This document shows, piece after piece, positions 17,404-25,749 of a DNA stretch of 64,000 bases; the first letter of the stretch is position 1, and each line of letters starts with the position of its first letter. Under the pieces are notes generated by a model, which saw only the letters and a program-made list of their open reading frames with translations, had not been told where the DNA came from and ran no database searches. The stretch comes from a virus. Both the position numbers and the translations under genes were made by a program. The DNA lies in IMG/VR virus record IMGVR_UViG_3300036766_002288, positions 1-64,000 of that record, one strand, 5' to 3'.

Positions 17404-18416
17404 AAAAGGTTACTCAACAGCACACAAGGGACAATTATAAACCCCCATCTGTAAATTTGAAAATAGAGCCTAACAAAGTCGTTAGACAAGAATTTAAAAG
17501 AGATTTGCCTAAAATTGCACCCGCCAATCTTCCATATCTTATGGATAAAGTAAGAGCGTTCATTAATCCACAAGCAAATTACTACTTAGGATTTGGCGGC
17601 TTGGGAGATGCACTACTCTTATTAGCTACTTGCTGGGATGATCCTAAAGCAAGAGTTGTATATTTTGCCAATCAAACACCATTTGTAAAACAGTTCTTCG
17701 AGTTGTTCAAAGTACCAGTCTTTTTAGAAAAAAACATCATGGGTACTAAGTTGGCTGGCCAGATATTCGACCTAATGACCCACAACCACAATTTCAAACA
17801 GTCTGCACATCTGGCAGACGGTTTATATTTTGAAGATTGGCGAAATGAAGACAAATATATCAAAAGAATAAGAAATTATGTGCCTTGGTCTAATTATCTT
17901 GGTGCAATGAAAACCAATCTTCCCACCTTAATTGTCTGTCCTTCTGGGTCTCACAAAGACCCACATAGACAGCGTTATCTAAATCAAGAAGAATACAAGT
18001 CAATTGTCAACAAAGGTTTAGATGAAGGTTATAATGTTTTTGCATCAGGTTCCATATCAGATTTGCATTACTATAAACTGATTCAAAGAGAAAACTTTCA
18101 TTGGTTAACCTCTGACAAAATATATAACTGGAATAATACTAGCGAAGATATTAATTTAAGAAAAATGCTCCAAATAATCAATGGAGCAGAAAAAGTAATT
18201 AGTATGGATACATGGCTTAAGACTTATACTTTGTTATGCAACATAAATACAGTTGTTATAAAAACAAGGTGGGACAATAATTACATCGCATATGGCAATG
18301 ATGTAACTGATTGGATATTTTTGAATAATAAAATTTGGCCTAATTTAGAACTAGACCAAGTAGAAAACTACTCTAATTTTTTGAGTTCGTCCCTTAACTT
18401 AGCAGCAAGTTCATAG
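17400..18416 (+). CDS. GT9 (heptosyltransferase-like) glycosyltransferase
   Basis: GFGGLGDALL, LIVCPSGS, L..ML.II..A..VISMDT. Confidence 0.65.
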   Translation: MKKVTQQHTRDNYKPPSVNLKIEPNKVVRQEFKRDLPKIAPANLPYLMDKVRAFINPQANYYLGFGGLGDALLLLATCWDDPKARVVYFANQTPFVKQFFELFKVPVFLEKNIMGTKLAGQIFDLMTHNHNFKQSAHLADGLYFEDWRNEDKYIKRIRNYVPWSNYLGAMKTNLPTLIVCPSGSHKDPHRQRYLNQEEYKSIVNKGLDEGYNVFASGSISDLHYYKLIQRENFHWLTSDKIYNWNNTSEDINLRKMLQIINGAEKVISMDTWLKTYTLLCNINTVVIKTRWDNNYIAYGNDVTDWIFLNNKIWPNLELDQVENYSNFLSSSLNLAASS

Positions 18417-18901
18417 TCTTCCTTCTTAATGGCCTCCGCTAAATTTTTCTTTATTGTTTCTAGGTCTGGCTTTTTTTCTTCTACTATTACTGTCTTTTTG
18501 TTTTTAGGGGACTTGCCTACATGCTTTAACGATTGATGATAGCCAAGCATGAAAGGCTCTAAATCCTTGCCGAAACATGTATAGCATTCTCCACAGCCTA
18601 CCCTACTTGTATTAGCAATGTCTTGAATGGTAAATCCACAACCTGTGCAGGTTTTAGTAGTTTTTTTAACTTCCACTGGTTGTGGATTTACAGCTGCTTT
18701 TTCTTTTATTAAGTTACTAATTATATCAAACATACTGCTAACTTCTGGTGGCATTTTGGGCGTGGGCAAACCAGTAGCTACCAGACCACACTGCACGCAC
18801 ATGCTTTTAAAGCTTTGTGCAGTAAGGTCTGGGTTTACTTCAGTAACATGTATGCACTTTTTGTGTGGACAAGGCAAACCACTTAAAGGACAATTTTCCA
18901 T
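18368..18901 (-). CDS. mcsA: McsA-like CxxC and UVR-domain protein
   Basis: CTGCG.T..DI...SRVGCGECY..F, HVGKSP, and C-terminal AIKKEDYELAAKLRDELK. Confidence 0.8.
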   Translation of the reverse strand: MENCPLSGLPCPHKKCIHVTEVNPDLTAQSFKSMCVQCGLVATGLPTPKMPPEVSSMFDIISNLIKEKAAVNPQPVEVKKTTKTCTGCGFTIQDIANTSRVGCGECYTCFGKDLEPFMLGYHQSLKHVGKSPKNKKTVIVEEKKPDLETIKKNLAEAIKKEDYELAAKLRDELKKLE

Positions 18902-19434
18902 TACTTGTCTCTCTTAATTAACTTGTTTTTATCGTTATAAGATTTGACATTTTTCATAAAGAATTCTTTTTCTTCATCAGTAAACTTATCAGAATACTTC
19001 TTAAATAGACCTTCCAACATCCCCTCTAACTTAACGGCATTTTTCTGTCTTAGTTCAAACAGTTTTTTAGAAAATTCTTCTACATCCTTTTTACTTGCTT
19101 CATCCGCATCGTCTGGAGATTCCTCTGAGTTTTTCAATTCTTCTTTCCACTTATCCTGTACATCACCAAGGTCTATTGCTAGGGTTTGGCCATGAAAGAC
19201 CTTTAAGAAGGCACGTTCCATTTCACTAAAATCTGTGAATTTCTTTTTTTCATTTGTACTCTTATTTGTAAATTCCTGATTTTCGAAATATTTGTCTGTT
19301 GAATATTGGTCAACAATTTTTTCAACCTTTTTTAAATAGGTTTCAAAATCCTTTTTTTCTCTAGCTTGTGCCAAATTTGCAAATAGGCATAAAAAGGCTA
19401 TCGCAGCTACGGAAGCTTTCAATATGGTTCTCAT
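18901..19434 (-). CDS. exported charged helical protein
   Basis: signal peptide ending AQA; K/E-rich. Confidence 0.65.
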   Translation of the reverse strand: MRTILKASVAAIAFLCLFANLAQAREKKDFETYLKKVEKIVDQYSTDKYFENQEFTNKSTNEKKKFTDFSEMERAFLKVFHGQTLAIDLGDVQDKWKEELKNSEESPDDADEASKKDVEEFSKKLFELRQKNAVKLEGMLEGLFKKYSDKFTDEEKEFFMKNVKSYNDKNKLIKRDK

Positions 19435-19472
19435 GTTTTTCCTTTTGTTGGAGACATACTAAGATAGTAGCA

Positions 19473-20414
19473 TCATGGGTAAGTTGCATCAATAGTAATT
19501 TGGAAATCATCCAAAAGTTTTGCCATTTGTCCCTGTCTTGCCAAAGCACCAAATGCTGGGTCTGGGAATGGTAAAGTTCGTCTGATCCACAATGGAACAA
19601 AGTCTCCTGGTCGCAAATCCCCTACTCTTACAGGATTGCCCCTAAGATAATAATTAAATGGAATCCCATCTGGTGGTGTAATTTCATCTGGTATTGTGGT
19701 TGCGACTGTGTTAACTGGACTCCCATCCTGAACTGGAAACGGCGTTACAGTACATCCTTGCAGATTATTGCTTACAACTGTAATTAAGTCTATTAGGCGA
19801 TGACTAGCCTGCGTCCACCTAAAATGATCTTGTGTTCCATGTTCTCCAGCATTAGTGGTTTCATGACCACCATAATCAATTGTAAATGTAACATTTGGCA
19901 CTATTCCTACTGCTTTCACAACTACTTCTGGCATACCTTCCACTGCTCGTATTGCTGTTTGGAAATTGCCAACCCACTCAGTTATATTAGGCGAATAGAA
20001 GACTTTAAATGTTGAAGGATAGCCTGGAACCTGTAATTCGAAATATTCACCTTCAAAAGGTGGTGACAGGCCATTAACTACAACCTGCTGGATTTCATTT
20101 TTAAGTAAAACACCAATAGCAACATAAGTCCCTCCAAGATGCCCAGGCACACCACTGCCTGTGCCACTTAGGTATATAATAGCATTTCTTAACGTGTAAG
20201 TATCTGAGATGTTTTTAATATAAAAACATCTATAATCTTCGTGTCCCTTGCGACTAAGTTTGGGACCGATGGAATGAAATAGGTTATCAAGCTCATCGCA
20301 AGTAATATCACAACTAGATATTACGCCGCCTAAGTCATTACATGGGTCGCAATTTGATGGACCCGCTGAATGTTTAAAAGCAATACAACCACAACTGGCT
20401 GGCGTGCATGTCAT
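19473..20414 (-). CDS. putative virion structural protein, paralog B
   Basis: NLF...DYRCFYIKN and GSPVNT.A..I...G.L.P...LWI.R shared with 20425-21636. Confidence 0.6.
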   Translation of the reverse strand: MTCTPASCGCIAFKHSAGPSNCDPCNDLGGVISSCDITCDELDNLFHSIGPKLSRKGHEDYRCFYIKNISDTYTLRNAIIYLSGTGSGVPGHLGGTYVAIGVLLKNEIQQVVVNGLSPPFEGEYFELQVPGYPSTFKVFYSPNITEWVGNFQTAIRAVEGMPEVVVKAVGIVPNVTFTIDYGGHETTNAGEHGTQDHFRWTQASHRLIDLITVVSNNLQGCTVTPFPVQDGSPVNTVATTIPDEITPPDGIPFNYYLRGNPVRVGDLRPGDFVPLWIRRTLPFPDPAFGALARQGQMAKLLDDFQITIDATYP

Positions 20415-20424
20415 ATTTCACCTC

Positions 20425-21636
20425 TTATGATAAAGGCCAATTTACAGCTGTGGCCACTAGTCTTAAACTAAAAAAGACTTGTAAGCATGGACCTGCACCT
20501 GCTGGCGTAATTCTTTCAACCCATATATAAAACCCTTCGTTGGGTTTTAAATTTCCAATATATTTGGCATTCATGTCTAAGCCAGTCGTTTCTGGCACTT
20601 CTATGTCTGTTTTAATTGGCTTTGCATAGGTGTTTATTGGGCTACCTTGTGTTTGCTTATAAATACATACCTGACAATTTTTATCACGTATAGGAGCTTC
20701 TATTACGCCCCAAGGCACAGCTAGTGTTGTGTCGGTTACTGGACTGTTGACAGTTCCTCTTTGCCAGTTTTGTGGATCATCAATATTGCCCCAAGGTGGA
20801 CAATTACCAATAAATCCTACCATATTAAACAACAAAGGCGTTGTTAGAGTGAATATGTCGCCACTATAACCACTATAGGGGTATACATCCCATAAGCCAG
20901 TTAATGGATTATAAATTCTTAAATCCCCAGAGGGTTGTACATAATGACTTATTGGGTACACAGTCTTAACTTGGAAGTCTCCATAACCATTCCAAGGGTC
21001 ACATGAGAAATAGGTAACTGTATTATATCTTCCAACGCCTTTGATTAATAAGTCATTTTGGATAACACGCATAGTTTGCACGTTTCTATGCCCAGCTTCA
21101 CCAGTGAACGTAACGGTATATGGGTTAGCGCCAACCACAGTAACTGCACTACACCAAGGAAGTTCATTTAATCTTGCTTGTAGATCAACTCCAAATTGAA
21201 CAAAATCAGTCCAGTAGACGGTAAAAGGAGGACCAAATTCAGTGTCAAATATTATAAAACCACCTGGGTCAGGTTGCATTTCAAACCCAACACAATTGAT
21301 TTGTACAATTTGCACATCATCGACTAATTTTGACCCAAAATTAACAACAGGTCCAGTTTCTGGGACACCCGAGCATGGGGGTGGACATTCAGTAATTGTC
21401 ATGCTAGCATTTTCTATTGCTGTGGTTGGGCTTGGATTCCAGATATAGAAACAACGATAATCAGTCATTCCGATTTGGGCTTCTTCTGGCATCACGTCAT
21501 CGAACAAGTTATTCATGACATTAGGCTCGCCTGGCGGCTCACCTGATATCTCAAACTTGGAGGGGAAAGCTCCTAAATCATTGGAAGGTTCTTTGTTGAA
21601 AGAACCGCCTGAATGTAACCATTGTAAATCAGCCAT
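20425..21636 (-). CDS. putative virion structural protein, paralog A
   Basis: NNLFDDV.PEEA..G.TDYRCFYI.N, typical of tail or baseplate-associated proteins (recollection). Confidence 0.6.
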   Translation of the reverse strand: MADLQWLHSGGSFNKEPSNDLGAFPSKFEISGEPPGEPNVMNNLFDDVMPEEAQIGMTDYRCFYIWNPSPTTAIENASMTITECPPPCSGVPETGPVVNFGSKLVDDVQIVQINCVGFEMQPDPGGFIIFDTEFGPPFTVYWTDFVQFGVDLQARLNELPWCSAVTVVGANPYTVTFTGEAGHRNVQTMRVIQNDLLIKGVGRYNTVTYFSCDPWNGYGDFQVKTVYPISHYVQPSGDLRIYNPLTGLWDVYPYSGYSGDIFTLTTPLLFNMVGFIGNCPPWGNIDDPQNWQRGTVNSPVTDTTLAVPWGVIEAPIRDKNCQVCIYKQTQGSPINTYAKPIKTDIEVPETTGLDMNAKYIGNLKPNEGFYIWVERITPAGAGPCLQVFFSLRLVATAVNWPLS

Positions 21637-21934
21637 TTTTCACTTTAGACAAAATATATCTGACATTTCTTGGAGTATAACCAGTCAATTCCGCGATTTG
21701 CTGTATGCTCATACCATAATTGAAAAACTCAACAACATTTTTGTGATTAGCTTTTAACCTGTTAGGGATTACGTTGAAACTATGTATTGTTCGGTAAATT
21801 TCACCAATAGATTTGCCTGTAATCTCTGCAATCTCCTTCATTTTCATGTCAGGAGAATGCATATACAAACTCACAAGTTCCTGATCGGAATAATCATTTT
21901 CCTTGTGGGTAAAAAATTCTTTAAAACTTTCCAT
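21629..21934 (-). CDS. tandem helix-turn-helix DNA-binding protein with capsid-targeting-like N-terminus
   Basis: MESFKEFF start; MKEIAEITGKSIGEIYR and SIQQIAELTGYTPRNVRYIL. Confidence 0.7.
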   Translation of the reverse strand: MESFKEFFTHKENDYSDQELVSLYMHSPDMKMKEIAEITGKSIGEIYRTIHSFNVIPNRLKANHKNVVEFFNYGMSIQQIAELTGYTPRNVRYILSKVKNG

Positions 21935-21982
21935 ACAATCTATTTAGAGATTGATTAAGAAAGAAATGGTGAAAAATGGGTG

Positions 21983-22117
21983 TTACTTTTCTTCTTTTAG
22001 AGCAAGAGCCATATCTTGTTGACTCAACAACTCCACTTTTTTGTTATTCTTTTGTGCCCAATTTATCACTCTTAACATTAATTTTTCTTTTATTTTTAGA
22101 AGCCAAAAATTTTTCAT
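21983..22117 (-). CDS. small basic protein (44 aa, not in track)
   Basis: MKNFWLLKIKEKL...; TTGCTT-17-TATAAT immediately upstream. Confidence 0.4.
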   Translation of the reverse strand: MKNFWLLKIKEKLMLRVINWAQKNNKKVELLSQQDMALALKEEK

Positions 22118-22158
22118 GGGCACATTATAATAAAGATAAATTTAAAAAGCAATATACA

Positions 22159-22189
22159 AAAAAAGGCACTCATTTCGAGTGCCTTTTTT
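22159..22189. terminator. intrinsic terminator
   Basis: AAAAAAGGCACTC-atttc-GAGTGCCTTTTTT. Confidence 0.8.
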
Positions 22190-22202
22190 ACTTACTTATT
22201 TG

Positions 22203-23015
22203 TTACTTTTTCCTGGTCTTATTCACATGCTTGGTCGCCCATTCATTAAAACTTCCTGGACCACCGATTTTCTGAGTAGGTGCATAACCAACTTCGCCTG
22301 GTGCAGGCTCAGTGTTTGCTGACTTGTTAGTGTCTTCTGGTGCAATTAAAGTATCTTCATCAACTGGAACCCAATAACCCTCTTCGTCCTTAGCAAACTT
22401 AGTTCCACCTGTCATATCCCTTAATTTAGCAAGGAAGCTGTTCTCTTCCTTTTCTTCTTTCGCCATCATATTACACTTGGAACATTTACCCTTTTGCTTA
22501 TACTTGAGCATGTCCGCACCGTTAGCAGAATTCTGTTTCTTGTCTTTCTCATCAACGGCATCTTTGCCTTCTTTTTTCATCATCATTGGTGGCTTTGCGC
22601 CCATGTCACCGCCTCCAAATGGTGGCTTTTTCTTCTTATCCATAGGTGGTGGTGGACCTTCTTCTCCATCGCCTTCATCACCCATATCATCATGGTCCTC
22701 ACCGTCTTCATCATGGTCATGATCTTCTTCATCGCCGTCTTCATCATGGTCCTCACCGTCTTCATCATCACCCATATCATCATGGTCATGATCTTCTTCA
22801 TCGCCGCCCATATCATCATCATCGGTGGCATCGGCACCGCCCATATCTGGGGCCATACCTGGGTCTTCACCTGGCATAGGCTTCTTGGCTTTTTTCATCA
22901 TGCCAAAAAGTCCAGGGGCTTCGTTTACTGAACCAACAATATTTGCAGACTTGACACCTAGATTTGTATAGCCAAGATTTTCCTGCAAAATTTTCCAAGT
23001 CTTATATGATATCAT
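22203..23015 (-). CDS. low-complexity Asp/Glu/His-rich putative prohead core or internal protein
   Basis: MISYKTWKILQE start; DHDHDD/EDHDEDG repeats; CATAAATA upstream. Confidence 0.65.
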   Translation of the reverse strand: MISYKTWKILQENLGYTNLGVKSANIVGSVNEAPGLFGMMKKAKKPMPGEDPGMAPDMGGADATDDDDMGGDEEDHDHDDMGDDEDGEDHDEDGDEEDHDHDEDGEDHDDMGDEGDGEEGPPPPMDKKKKPPFGGGDMGAKPPMMMKKEGKDAVDEKDKKQNSANGADMLKYKQKGKCSKCNMMAKEEKEENSFLAKLRDMTGGTKFAKDEEGYWVPVDEDTLIAPEDTNKSANTEPAPGEVGYAPTQKIGGPGSFNEWATKHVNKTRKK

Positions 23016-23065
23016 ATTTTGTCTCCATTAATCCTTATTCTATTTATGCTTTAGTCCTAATTATT

Positions 23066-23257
23066 TTAAGGTCTTGTCAGCGCTTTTAGCAAATGTTCTC
23101 TACGAAGCCTTTCTACCTTTCGTCTTTCCTCTGCCAGTTTTTGGACGTTTTGCATCGCAACAACATTAGGATGTAATTGTGCCTGATTTACAATATTGTT
23201 TTGCAAGTGTGGCACTTGTACAGGTCTATTCGCTTTTGCTCCGCATCCACATCCCAT
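23066..23257 (-). CDS. small MGCGCG-motif protein
   Basis: N-terminal GCGC; CATAAATA upstream. Confidence 0.6.
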   Translation of the reverse strand: MGCGCGAKANRPVQVPHLQNNIVNQAQLHPNVVAMQNVQKLAEERRKVERLRREHLLKALTRP

Positions 23258-23315
23258 AAATCCCCTTATCTTTTATTTATGTAGTTAACACTCTTATTTA
23301 GTAATACAAATAAAA

Positions 23316-23346
23316 AAAACTCCGCTATGATTTATAGCGGAGTTTT
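23316..23346 (-). terminator. intrinsic terminator
   Basis: AAAACTCCGCTAT...ATAGCGGAGTTTT; T-run on the minus strand. Confidence 0.75.
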
Positions 23347-23364
23347 ACACCAATTAAGAATTAA

Positions 23365-23622
23365 TTACTTTTTGGCAGTTTTCTTTGCTGCGAACCTGGG
23401 CTTCGGAAAAGCCGCTCGCTCAACTGATAATACACAATTGTATTTTCGGGCGATTTGACGCGCCGCTTGTTCCAAATTAGAAGCGTTTTCATACATTGTA
23501 TTGCCATCTTTCTTCTTAAGCCTAGTCAGGGCGAAATTTGGCATGTTTACCAACCCTTCAAAGCCGTATGGCGTCGAAGTAACTAACAGTTTCATAACTT
23601 GCATAAAATACACCTTTCTCAA
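23365..23622 (-). CDS. small basic hypothetical protein
   Basis: ORF followed by terminator. Confidence 0.55.
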   Translation of the reverse strand: MRKVYFMQVMKLLVTSTPYGFEGLVNMPNFALTRLKKKDGNTMYENASNLEQAARQIARKYNCVLSVERAAFPKPRFAAKKTAKK

Positions 23623-23738
23623 AGAGATGATGGTAAATTACCCTAATCACAGATTAATTTCAAGATCAAATTTTTTAAAAATAGGATAAATATTTGTCTA
23701 CAACCCTATATAATCTAAGGTTATAGTTCAGGAGACAT

Positions 23739-23957
23739 ATGAAAACATTTTTCCAGTGGGCAAAAGATAAGAAATATGAGATTCCAGTAATGGAAAAAAC
23801 ATTGAGAACGGGTATCCACACGGCAATGCCAAGAGGCTATATTAGAAGTCAATATCCTGACGGTTACTTTGCTCCAGTAATTGGAACATGGGAACTAGAC
23901 TTGAAGAATCAGGATAAATTTGTCAAAGACAAGGCACCGTCAGATGGCGCACCTTAA
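23739..23957 (+). CDS. putative virion-internal protein
   Basis: AGGAG RBS, MKTFFQWAK start, GATAAATA at 23685. Confidence 0.6.
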   Translation: MKTFFQWAKDKKYEIPVMEKTLRTGIHTAMPRGYIRSQYPDGYFAPVIGTWELDLKNQDKFVKDKAPSDGAP

Positions 23958-23983
23958 TAAATTTTCCCCCTCATCTCGAAGAT

Positions 23984-24012
23984 AAAAAGGCCCAATAATT
24001 TTGGGCCTTTTT
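23984..24012. terminator. bidirectional intrinsic terminator
   Basis: AAAAAGGCCCAA...TTGGGCCTTTTT between convergent genes. Confidence 0.8.
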
Positions 24013-24337
24013 ATTTGTCTGTAGACTTTTTTATTCTCTGTTTGTGATCCTTGTCTACTAGACTTTGCGGTTTTTTAGGTAGAAGATCAGGCGGCACATT
24101 CCCCCAATAACCCCAACTATCATCGTTTTTAGGATGTGCAAAGATCATTCCCAACTTAAAATACTTATCAATAATTTCTTCAACTCGATCTTTAGGTAAG
24201 CCAGAATCCGTCGAAATACCAGTTGTTGAACGCCATATATATTTTGGATTTCGTGCCAAAGATACAAAGAAAGCAAATTCTTCATCACCTTCCTTAGTGC
24301 CTATTGGATAAACTTCTGTCCATTTTTTTGGTTTCAT
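24011..24337 (-). CDS. hypothetical protein (possible winged helix)
   Basis: WRSTTGISTDSGLPKDRVEEII..Y.K.GMI. Confidence 0.55.
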   Translation of the reverse strand: MKPKKWTEVYPIGTKEGDEEFAFFVSLARNPKYIWRSTTGISTDSGLPKDRVEEIIDKYFKLGMIFAHPKNDDSWGYWGNVPPDLLPKKPQSLVDKDHKQRIKKSTDK

Positions 24338-24401
24338 TTTTCTCCTAAAATTTGAGTCTAAGCTATTATATAGATATAGGTTATATTAGTAAAGGCCATA
24401 T

Positions 24402-24896
24402 ATGAAAAAAAATAAATTAAACAAATTGAACAGGCTGCACCATTCACAGGTGTTAGACATGAAGCGTAAAAAAGCTGCGAACGCAGTCAAAGGTGATGGT
24501 GTATATCTCTTTGTCAACAATACTAGAGGCGATTTAAGTTTGCCTAAACCACCTTTAAAAGGCCCAAATCCAGTACCGCCAGGTAGAACTTTTGAGGGTG
24601 ATAGCTATTTTATGTGCTTATTAAAAACTAATGACGTGAGGTTAATAGAAGTCATTAAACCAGCAGCGAATACTGTTCCTAATGCTGCACCAGTTCTTAT
24701 TAATGAAAGGATAGAAAACATGCCACAGAAATTGATTCTAGATCAACCAGAAACATTTGGCCATCAAGGTAAGATTGAACATGTTGTTCCAGACGGTCAA
24801 AATGTTAAGTTGAATGAAACCCAACCAGCGGAAAAACCAGTTGACAAACTTCTAACAGAAGACCCATTGGCAGGCGTTGAAATCATTCTAAACTAA
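24402..24896 (+). CDS. hypothetical protein
   Basis: 164-aa ORF followed by terminator. Confidence 0.6.
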   Translation: MKKNKLNKLNRLHHSQVLDMKRKKAANAVKGDGVYLFVNNTRGDLSLPKPPLKGPNPVPPGRTFEGDSYFMCLLKTNDVRLIEVIKPAANTVPNAAPVLINERIENMPQKLILDQPETFGHQGKIEHVVPDGQNVKLNETQPAEKPVDKLLTEDPLAGVEIILN

Positions 24897-24908
24897 ACAA
24901 ATTCAAAT

Positions 24909-24943
24909 AAAAAACCCATTGTAAAAATACAATGGGTTTTTTT
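24909..24943. terminator. bidirectional intrinsic terminator closing the exported-protein operon
   Basis: AAAAAACCCATTGTA-aaaa-TACAATGGGTTTTTT. Confidence 0.8.
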
Positions 24944-24958
24944 CATGCCTATTATCTA

Positions 24959-25681
24959 TTAACGACGAACAATCACTCTATTGCCAAAGAGTCCGTTTCT
25001 TACTACTATGTTAGCTCTGCCATTGTTTACAATAACTCTGCTACCAAATAAACCACCAAATAGACCGTTATTGACGACAACAGTATTGTTAAAACCAAAG
25101 CGATTTACTCCAAAAGTATTGAATCCAAAGCGATTGAATCCAACATGGTTAAAACCAACTCCGTAGCCAACACCAAAAGCTGGTGTGTAGGCAAGTGCTG
25201 GAGCTACTGCGCCGACTGGTGCAAAAGCAACAGGGGCAGGACAAGGATCAGCTACTGGTGCTGCAAAAGCAACAGGGGCAGCTTGGCAAGGTGCCGCGAC
25301 TGCATATGAAGCTGCTACTGGATAAGCAACAGGAACGGCCACAGTTACAGGAACAGGAACGGCATAACCAACGCCTACTCCATGAACACCGAAACCAAAT
25401 CCATGATTTACAAATCCGAAATTGTTAAATCCGAAACCAAATCCATGATTTACAAATCCGAAATTGTTAAATCCGAAACCAAATCCATGATTTACAAATC
25501 CGAAATTGTTAAATCCGAAACCAAATCCACGATTGACTACAACTACGTTACGATTGAATCCACGATTGACTACAACTGCATTGCGTCCGAGACCACGACG
25601 AACAACTACTGCGGCATCAGCTACTGGTGCTGCACTAAACAGCATGGCTGCGCCTAAAATCAAACTAGTTAACCACTTCAT
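24959..25681 (-). CDS. exported low-complexity Gly/Phe/Asn/Val repeat protein
   Basis: signal peptide ending ADA; (GFGFGFNNFGFVNH)x3; VVVRR/VVVNR motifs; GGAGG RBS. Confidence 0.75.
   Translation of the reverse strand: MKWLTSLILGAAMLFSAAPVADAAVVVRRGLGRNAVVVNRGFNRNVVVVNRGFGFGFNNFGFVNHGFGFGFNNFGFVNHGFGFGFNNFGFVNHGFGFGVHGVGVGYAVPVPVTVAVPVAYPVAASYAVAAPCQAAPVAFAAPVADPCPAPVAFAPVGAVAPALAYTPAFGVGYGVGFNHVGFNRFGFNTFGVNRFGFNNTVVVNNGLFGGLFGSRVIVNNGRANIVVRNGLFGNRVIVRR
25389..25534. repeat. 42-bp exact tandem repeat, 3 copies plus a partial
   Basis: unit CCGAAACCAAATCCATGATTTACAAATCCGAAATTGTTAAAT at 25389, 25431, 25473. Confidence 0.95.
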
Positions 25682-25749
25682 AATCCTCCTATAATTTAAG
25701 ACACTTTATATATGCCTTCAATACCGCAAAAATTTAATCAATTCACAAA

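Noticed and set aside
22477-22931. Overlapping ORFs 22477, 22494, 22583 and 22646
   Set aside because: These are shadow frames produced by the low-complexity repeat of the 22203-23015 gene.
25389-25534. 42-bp repeats as a CRISPR array
   Set aside because: The units are directly adjacent with no spacers and are in frame within a coding sequence.
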